From: a virus
Taxonomy: Duplodnaviria; Caudoviricetes
IMG/VR virus record: IMGVR_UViG_3300030098_006079
Length of the DNA: 64,000 nt
Strand: one strand, 5' to 3'
Shown piece by piece: positions 57,521 to 64,000 of this stretch. The first letter of the stretch is position 1; every line of letters begins with the position of its first letter. The notes under the pieces were generated by a model that had not been told where the DNA came from, did not search any database, and saw only the letters and a program-made list of their open reading frames with translations. Both the position numbers and the translations under genes were made by a program.

Positions 57521-58233
57521 AAATTTTAATGGGTTTCTACAATGCTGAAAAGTATATCCAAAGGAGTATACTATCAGTTATGTCTCAGAATTTTAAAGAC
57601 TATAAATGTTATATTACTAGTGATAAATCTACCGATAATTCTGTAGATTTAGTTAATCAGATAATTAAAAACGATGAGAGATTTGAACTAGTAGAGGATA
57701 CAGATATAAAGCTTTATCAAACTGGTAATTTCGATCGTAATATTCGTAATAACAAAGAGATAGATGATAACGAAGTTTTAGTTGAAGTCGATGGTGATGA
57801 TTTCTTACCAGACGTAAATGTATTAGATCGTATTAATAATGTTTATAAAGACCCTAACGTGTGGATAGCGAATGGAAGCTTCCAATATGCAAATAGTTCA
57901 CCAGGATTTTCACAAGCACAGACAGACTTTGATAATTTACGTGCTAGTAGGTTTACTGCCTCTCATATTCGTACATGGCGTGCCTTTTTGTGGCGTAATA
58001 TTAAACCAGAAGATTTGCGCGATGAAAATGGAGACTATTGGCAGTGGAGCGGAGACTTGTGCTTTATGTTTCCTATGTTAGAAATGTCTGGTCCTGAACA
58101 TTATAAATTTATGAAAGACATAAACTACATTTATAATGAGGATAATATTATAAACGAACATAAAGTTGATATGTCAATGGTAAACGATCACGCATCTAAA
58201 ATAAGAAGTAAGAAAAAATATGATAGGCTGTAA
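57517..58233 (+). CDS. Glycosyltransferase family 2
   Basis: YNAEKYI..SI.SV..Q, D.STDNS, EVDGDD. Confidence 0.85.
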   Translation: MKILMGFYNAEKYIQRSILSVMSQNFKDYKCYITSDKSTDNSVDLVNQIIKNDERFELVEDTDIKLYQTGNFDRNIRNNKEIDDNEVLVEVDGDDFLPDVNVLDRINNVYKDPNVWIANGSFQYANSSPGFSQAQTDFDNLRASRFTASHIRTWRAFLWRNIKPEDLRDENGDYWQWSGDLCFMFPMLEMSGPEHYKFMKDINYIYNEDNIINEHKVDMSMVNDHASKIRSKKKYDRL

Positions 58234-58981
58234 TTTACAAGGTGGTTTAGGCAATCAAATGTTTCAAATAGCTGCTGCAACTGCATTAGCTTTAAGGAAT
58301 AATGACACCGCTGGTTTTGATCTTACTAACTGTCATACACCTCTTCAAGGTAATCCTTCTTTTTTCTACAAAACAAATATTTTTCGTAATATTAACGATA
58401 TACAAAATTATAATTTTAAACATTTATATACTGAACCAACTTATAGTTATAAAGACATAAAATATTATCCCGATCTATGCTTACAAGGTTTTTTTCAGAG
58501 TGAAAAATATTTTAATGATTGTAAAAGTGATATAAAAAAATTATTCTCCTTACCTGAGGAAATAATCAATATCGTAAAAAATGAATTTGACTATAAAAAC
58601 ACTACTGCTGTACATATAAGGAGAGGGGACTATGTTAATAAACAAAACTTTCATCCTGTATGTGATATTAATTATTACAAAAAAGCTGCAAGCTTAGTCA
58701 CAGGAAGCAAATTACTTTTTATATCTGATGATATAAATTGGGTTAAAAAATATTTTCAAGGTAGTAGAGTTTTATATTCCCCGTATAAAGAAGAAATATT
58801 AGATTTTGTGCTAATGTTATTATGTAAAAATGTTATTATAGCTAATAGTACGTTTAGCTGGTGGGGAGCATATTTGAATTTTAATAAAGATAAGCATATA
58901 ATAGCACCAATGAGTTGGTTTGGACCTAATGGGCCTAAAGACACACAAGACATTATACCCGACAACTGGACACAACTTTAA
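58220..58981 (+). CDS. GT11 alpha-1,2-fucosyltransferase-like
   Basis: GGLGNQMFQ, GFFQSEKYF, VHIRRGDY, ISDD, IANSTFSWW. Confidence 0.92.
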   Translation: MIGCNLQGGLGNQMFQIAAATALALRNNDTAGFDLTNCHTPLQGNPSFFYKTNIFRNINDIQNYNFKHLYTEPTYSYKDIKYYPDLCLQGFFQSEKYFNDCKSDIKKLFSLPEEIINIVKNEFDYKNTTAVHIRRGDYVNKQNFHPVCDINYYKKAASLVTGSKLLFISDDINWVKKYFQGSRVLYSPYKEEILDFVLMLLCKNVIIANSTFSWWGAYLNFNKDKHIIAPMSWFGPNGPKDTQDIIPDNWTQL

Positions 58982-58983
58982 GA

Positions 58984-60285
58984 ATGAAACAATTAGACGA
59001 AATCTTACAAGATCTTACTGAATATATAGAAGTCCATAAACCAAAGTATTTGTATAATACAGACTTTATACCTGGTCATAGTTCGGTTTATTATTCTGGT
59101 CCGTTTTGGGATACAAAAGAGATTTTAGCTGGTATAAATACATTTATTTCAGGTAAATGGGTTGTCGCAGGAGAGACAGTATATAAATTTGAAAAAACAT
59201 TTGCAAAGTATTTTGACACTAAGCACGCTCATATGGTTAACTCCGGTAGTTCTGCTAATCTTGTTTTAGTATCTGCATTAAAGAAAAGATATAACTGGCA
59301 AGATGGTGATGAAGTTATAGTTTCTCCTGTCGGTTTTCCTACTACTATATCTGTATTGGTACAAAATAACTTAAAACCAGTTTTTGTAGATATAGAGTAC
59401 GATACTCTTAATTTTGATATTACTAAAATTGAAGAGAAAATTACAGATAAAACTAAAAGTATATTTGTTTCGCCAGTTTTAGCTAATCCGCCTGATATGG
59501 ATTACTTAACTGAATTATGTGATAAACATAATTTAAAATTAATTGGTGATAGTTGTGATAGTATAGGAACAAAATGGAATAATAAACCTCTTTCACATTA
59601 CTATACCGCGTGGTCATCATCGTTTTATCCTGCTCATCATATTTCTACTGGTGAAGGAGGTATGGTTTGTACGAATGACGATGAATTAAAAAAATTATTT
59701 GTTAGTTTTTCATGGTGGGGTAGAGATTGTTATTGTATAGGACCTGCTAATTTATTAGCATGTGGAAGTTGTGGGAATAGATTCGATAAATGGCTAGAAG
59801 ATTATGATGGTATTATAGATCATAAATATGTTTTTAATAATATGGGTTATAATCTTAAACCTTTAGATCTACAGGGCGCTATAGGTTTAGAACAAATGAA
59901 GAAGTTCGATATTATAGATGAGAAAAGAAAGAATAGTAAGAAAAATATCGAAAGTATTTTATTGAAATATGTAAACGATTTGTCTGGTGTAAAAACTTTA
60001 GATAAAGCTGATCCTTGTTGGTTTGGTACACCGTTTATTTGTAAAGATAAATCTTTGAAAGATAAGCTTATAACCTTTTTAGAAGACAACAAAATACAAA
60101 CTAGAAATTACTTCGCTGGTAATATATTATTACATCCAGGATATAAACACTTAGGTAATCTTGAAGAATATCCTAATGCGAATCAAGTGTTAGATAAAGT
60201 ATTCTTCTTAGGAGCAGCACCACATTACACCTCCGAAGTATTTGATTATATTGATAGAGTTTTTCGCGACAAATGGGTAAATTAA
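58984..60285 (+). CDS. rfbH: PMP/[2Fe-2S] NDP-4-keto-6-deoxyglucose 3-dehydratase (RfbH/DdhC-like)
   Basis: NSGSSAN, SFYPAHHISTGEGG (His in the Lys position), WGRDCYC...C..CGNRF, GYNLK. Confidence 0.85.
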   Translation: MKQLDEILQDLTEYIEVHKPKYLYNTDFIPGHSSVYYSGPFWDTKEILAGINTFISGKWVVAGETVYKFEKTFAKYFDTKHAHMVNSGSSANLVLVSALKKRYNWQDGDEVIVSPVGFPTTISVLVQNNLKPVFVDIEYDTLNFDITKIEEKITDKTKSIFVSPVLANPPDMDYLTELCDKHNLKLIGDSCDSIGTKWNNKPLSHYYTAWSSSFYPAHHISTGEGGMVCTNDDELKKLFVSFSWWGRDCYCIGPANLLACGSCGNRFDKWLEDYDGIIDHKYVFNNMGYNLKPLDLQGAIGLEQMKKFDIIDEKRKNSKKNIESILLKYVNDLSGVKTLDKADPCWFGTPFICKDKSLKDKLITFLEDNKIQTRNYFAGNILLHPGYKHLGNLEEYPNANQVLDKVFFLGAAPHYTSEVFDYIDRVFRDKWVN

Positions 60286-61658
60286 ATATAGTTGTTTTAG
60301 GTGACGGTTTATTAGGTAGTGAGATAGTTAAACAAACTAACTGGGACTATTTATCTCGTAAAAAAGATAATATTAATTTTACAGATACAGATAGTTATTT
60401 TCATTTACTTAAAAAGTATAAAGTTATATTAAATTGTATAGCATGTACTGACACATATTCAGATAATAAAGAACTACATTATAATGTTAACTATAGGTAT
60501 GTCGTTAAGTTAGCGAGATATTGTGAAATTCATAATAAAAAACTAATACATATTTCAACTGATCATGTTTACTCTAAAAATACTAACATACCATCTGAAG
60601 AAGATATACCGCATTATGCTAATAATTGGTATTCATATACAAAATTATTAGGAGATAACGCCGTACAAGTAGAAAGCGATAATAATTTAGTTATACGATG
60701 TACTCATAAACCTACACCATTCCCATATAATAAAGCATGGGTAGATCAGGTAGGTAATTTTGATTATGTAGATGTCATTTCAGGCTTAATTATTAAAGCT
60801 ATTAATAAACAACTTACTGGTTTATATAATATAGGTACAGAACAAAAATCCATGTACGAATTAGCATCAAAGACCGCGACTGTAAGCAAATCATATACTC
60901 CGAAGCATGTACCTAAAAATGTAAGTATGAATATTAGTAAATTTAATAATGATATAAAAACATCATTTTTTTCTATCGCTATACCTACTTATGAAATGAA
61001 TGGGTATGGTAGAGAATTCTTAGAACATAGTTTTAAAATTTTATATAGTCAGACATTTAAAGACTTTGAAGTAGTAATATCTGATCATAGTCTAGACGAT
61101 CGGATAAAGGATTTATGTAAAGAATACAGTAAGCTGCTTAACGTTAGATATTTAAGAAACACTTATAAAAGAGGTGGGTCCTCTCCTAATATAAATAACG
61201 CTATAAAAAATTGTACTGGAAAATGGATCAAAATATTATACCAAGATGATTTTTTATATAAAAATACAGCTTTAGAAAAATTAACAAACCATATAATAGA
61301 TAATAAAGATAAAGTTTGGATTGTATCTGCCTGTGAGCATACGAACGATGGTTCCACCATGTATCGTCCGTTTTATCCAAAATGGAATCAGTATATGCAT
61401 TTAGGTAACAATACATTTAGTAGCCCTAGTGTTCTCACACTTAAAAATATAAAAGATAAGTTATATTTTAATGAGGATTTAATTTGGTTAATGGATGTCG
61501 AATATTATAAACGGATGTACGATATATATGGCGAGCCATCATATTTACATCAAGTAAATATAGTTAACAGAACGTGGTCGGGTAGTGTGACTGATACGTT
61601 GTCTCCAGAGCGTAAACAAAGTGAAGTAAATTTAATGAGAAAAACTTACATATGTTAA
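60273..61658 (+). CDS. RmlD-like reductase fused to GT2 domain
   Basis: N-part GDGLLG, HISTD, YSYTK; C-part IAIPTYE, VVISDHS, KILYQDD. Confidence 0.8.
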   Translation: MGKLNIVVLGDGLLGSEIVKQTNWDYLSRKKDNINFTDTDSYFHLLKKYKVILNCIACTDTYSDNKELHYNVNYRYVVKLARYCEIHNKKLIHISTDHVYSKNTNIPSEEDIPHYANNWYSYTKLLGDNAVQVESDNNLVIRCTHKPTPFPYNKAWVDQVGNFDYVDVISGLIIKAINKQLTGLYNIGTEQKSMYELASKTATVSKSYTPKHVPKNVSMNISKFNNDIKTSFFSIAIPTYEMNGYGREFLEHSFKILYSQTFKDFEVVISDHSLDDRIKDLCKEYSKLLNVRYLRNTYKRGGSSPNINNAIKNCTGKWIKILYQDDFLYKNTALEKLTNHIIDNKDKVWIVSACEHTNDGSTMYRPFYPKWNQYMHLGNNTFSSPSVLTLKNIKDKLYFNEDLIWLMDVEYYKRMYDIYGEPSYLHQVNIVNRTWSGSVTDTLSPERKQSEVNLMRKTYIC

Positions 61659-62377
61659 AATTAAAAAATATTACATTAGTGTTAATGAGTTCGGTTAAGA
61701 TTAGCCAGAGTATACAGGCTTTAGAGTATAGTTCAAAAGATATTGAATTCGGTGCTGTAAAATTAATTAGTGATATTAAACCTACTACATTACCTAACGG
61801 TATTACTCATGAACATATTGATAGAATACATGATATAGACTCATGGAATTATAGTATTATATACAAATTAGGAAATTACATTAATACTGAGTTTGCTATA
61901 CTTATACATGATGATGGTTATATTGTTAACGCTGATTCATGGCGAGACGAATTTTTAAATTATGATTATATTGGCGCACCATGGCCTTTACCACAAGACA
62001 ATTTTTCATTTAGAGACAAAAACAATAAACTTATACGGGTAGGTAATAGTGTTTCGTTGCGCAGTAAAAAATTAATTGATTTACCTAATAAATTAAATTT
62101 ACCATGGAGAGATTTTCATGGTTATTACAATGAAGATGGTTTTATATGTACTGGTTATAGACATATATATGAAGAACATGGTATGAAATATGCCGATATA
62201 GATGTTGCTAAATATTTCTCTCATGAAACCCCAATACCAGAAATTGAAGGAATCGAGCCTTTTGCATTTCATCGTCAACGATTAGGTAGAAATAATAGAT
62301 ACCCAGTTTTTACTAGTAAGCCTTTAGAGGTTAATAAATCAACACCTTTATTATATGAAAATAGATTTGGTAATTAG
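61652..62377 (+). CDS. DUF5672-like putative glycosyltransferase
   Basis: LIHDDG, YDYIGAPW, VGN..SLRSK, NED, F..E...PFAFH. Confidence 0.75.
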   Translation: MLKLKNITLVLMSSVKISQSIQALEYSSKDIEFGAVKLISDIKPTTLPNGITHEHIDRIHDIDSWNYSIIYKLGNYINTEFAILIHDDGYIVNADSWRDEFLNYDYIGAPWPLPQDNFSFRDKNNKLIRVGNSVSLRSKKLIDLPNKLNLPWRDFHGYYNEDGFICTGYRHIYEEHGMKYADIDVAKYFSHETPIPEIEGIEPFAFHRQRLGRNNRYPVFTSKPLEVNKSTPLLYENRFGN

Positions 62378-63026
62378 TCTTTTTGATAAAGATATATCTT
62401 GGCTAAAAGATATAACTAATAAAAATGTTTACCCTGTTATATATCGTAAGGGAGATATAGCTACCCATGAGCAAGAAATAGTAATTGAACCAAATGTTGG
62501 TCGAGACGTACATACATTTTTTTATCATATTTTGCATAATTATGATAAGCTAGCAGATGTAACTTTTTTTGTACAGGATTATCCATTTGATCATTGGGGA
62601 GATTTGATAGAGATTTTAAACAGTGAGACATGGGAAGAAAAGGCTACTCTAAAAAATGGTGGTTATTATGGTTTCCATAACAATACTCTTGGTACAGCAT
62701 GGAGCACTCCAATACAAGGTTGGTTAGACACCAATCAACATGGAAGTGGTAAGGTATTAGTTTGTAATAATGATGGTTCGCCTCAAGATTTAGTCAATAA
62801 TATTGACGTAAATGAATATTGGAGTAAGTATTTTACGAATAATCCACCGTCAGTATATGAATTTATGCCTGGCGGTCATTTTGGTGTAACTAAAGAACAA
62901 GTGAGATTAAGACCTAAAGAGTTTTATGAAAGAATTGTACAGGATTTAGCGACAATAGATAATATGCCATGGATTATTGAACGGTTAGAGTGTTATATTT
63001 TTAGTAATTTATATGATAACAACTGA
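62355..63026 (+). CDS. DUF3431-like putative glycosyltransferase
   Basis: WL, PNVGRDVHTFFYHI..NYD.L, FFVQD.PFDH, GGHF.V, IER. Confidence 0.75.
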   Translation: MKIDLVISLFDKDISWLKDITNKNVYPVIYRKGDIATHEQEIVIEPNVGRDVHTFFYHILHNYDKLADVTFFVQDYPFDHWGDLIEILNSETWEEKATLKNGGYYGFHNNTLGTAWSTPIQGWLDTNQHGSGKVLVCNNDGSPQDLVNNIDVNEYWSKYFTNNPPSVYEFMPGGHFGVTKEQVRLRPKEFYERIVQDLATIDNMPWIIERLECYIFSNLYDNN

Positions 63027-63858
63027 AATATACAACGGTCAAGGCCCGGGGGATCAACTCTGGGTATATCTAACTACGCGGTATATTGCTCATATTAAAG
63101 AGTATGAGTTCGGTATCGGTCATCCTGAACGATGGAAGCTAAAAAATTTAAATATTAACTTCGGTAACCCTGTAACAGGAGGTAGTAACGTACAGGAAGG
63201 TGGTCCTCCAATAACATTACCCGACACAATCACTAACTACTATAAAGAAAAACACACATATCACCCTAATTTTACTGATTGTAATATAAGTGACGTAGAT
63301 AAAGATGTTTTTAATATAGAAGATAATACTAAGATAGAAGGTTTGTTACATTATTCATATCTTATTGATAATAACAAAGATCTTTTTAAAAAATGGTTAG
63401 ATTTTAATAGGATTATAGATAACAACCCTGTTATTCCTGGTAAAATTATTGCTAATATAAGAGGTGGTGAGTATAAAAACGTACCTGACTTAATTTTACC
63501 AAAAAATTACTGGGATATGTGCTTAGAGTATACTAATGCTACAGAAGTAGAGATTATTACTGATGATCCATCTTATGCTTTGAGTTTAATACCTAATGGT
63601 ACAATATTTCAGGGTAGTATGACAGAGCAATTTGAGAGATTATTCACAGCTGAAAAGTTAATTTTATCAAATTCAGCATTTGGCTTTTTTCCGGGTGCGC
63701 TAGGTAATGCATTAGAAGTAATTGCGCCTAAGTATTGGAGCAGATGGAATATTTCTGATGGTTTCTGGGCTATGGAAATGGATAAATGTAGTAGATTTTC
63801 TTACCTTGATAAACAAGGTAGAAGATGGAACATGCATGATGGATACTGGAATACATAA
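63013..63858 (+). CDS. Divergent GT11-like glycosyltransferase
   Basis: GQGPGDQL, NIRGGEY, ITDD, LSNSAF. Confidence 0.65.
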   Translation: MITTEIYNGQGPGDQLWVYLTTRYIAHIKEYEFGIGHPERWKLKNLNINFGNPVTGGSNVQEGGPPITLPDTITNYYKEKHTYHPNFTDCNISDVDKDVFNIEDNTKIEGLLHYSYLIDNNKDLFKKWLDFNRIIDNNPVIPGKIIANIRGGEYKNVPDLILPKNYWDMCLEYTNATEVEIITDDPSYALSLIPNGTIFQGSMTEQFERLFTAEKLILSNSAFGFFPGALGNALEVIAPKYWSRWNISDGFWAMEMDKCSRFSYLDKQGRRWNMHDGYWNT

Positions 63859-63860
63859 TT

Positions 63861-64000
63861 ATGATATACGATTGTTTTAATTTTTTTAATGAACTTGATA
63901 TACTTGAAATAAGATTTTACACACTCTATGAAGTTGTAGATAAATTTGTAATTGTTGAATCAAATAAAACTCACAGCGGTATACCTAAAGATTTTAATTT
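63861..64000 (+). CDS. GT17 (MGAT3-like GlcNAc transferase) N-terminus, truncated at window end
   Basis: My translation MIYDCFNFFNELDILEIRFYTLYEVVDKFVIVESNKTHSG; not in track. Confidence 0.8.
   Translation, partial: MIYDCFNFFNELDILEIRFYTLYEVVDKFVIVESNKTHSGIPKDFN

Noticed and set aside
1-64000. Stop-codon reassignment, introns/inteins, homing endonucleases, tRNAs, CRISPR
   Set aside because: Core genes (gp17, gp41, gp43, uvsX, gp46) are full length and uninterrupted in code 11. Intergenic gaps are too short, and no cloverleaf or repeat-spacer pattern was seen by eye.

Overview
A 64 kb AT-rich, densely coding segment of a T4-like myovirus genome (standard genetic code; probably an uncultivated aquatic lineage). 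No tRNA, rRNA, CRISPR array, intron or intein was recognised. Contents: (i) 1-17.8 kb, tail/baseplate module (gp7-like, gp6, gp25, gp27-like, gp53, gp48-like, tape-measure candidate, gp26/51-like, gp54-like, gp19, gp18) interrupted by gp44, dUTPase and a probable small terminase. (ii) 17.8-26.7 kb, rmlA, a sulfotransferase, a Tat-signal DUF1552 protein, gp3, gp17, gp14 and small late genes. (iii) 26.6-49 kb, a minus-strand replication/recombination block (gp61, rnh, gp45, gp32, gp59, DHH, gp41, uvsX, gp43, gp46, gp47, gp55, uvsW, uvsY) with rmlB, an NRS/ER-type epimerase-reductase, queC + glutamine amidotransferase + GT-A, and another glycosyltransferase inserted in it. (iv) 49-56 kb, an ART-like gene, resolvase, HIGH nucleotidyltransferase, folE/queD/queE, an HldE-like gene, a kinase and phoH. 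(v) 56-64 kb, a glycan-biosynthesis cluster. Best candidates for new biology: a 7-deazaguanine pathway whose queC-Gat genes are coupled to a glycosyltransferase inside the replisome operon, with no DpdA in the window and an odd motif-B substitution in the polymerase; a probable family of capsid-targeted enzymes; an orphan DUF1552 gene pointing to a PVC-type host; and an apparently leaderless promoter architecture. All protein family calls come from motif recognition by eye, not database searches.
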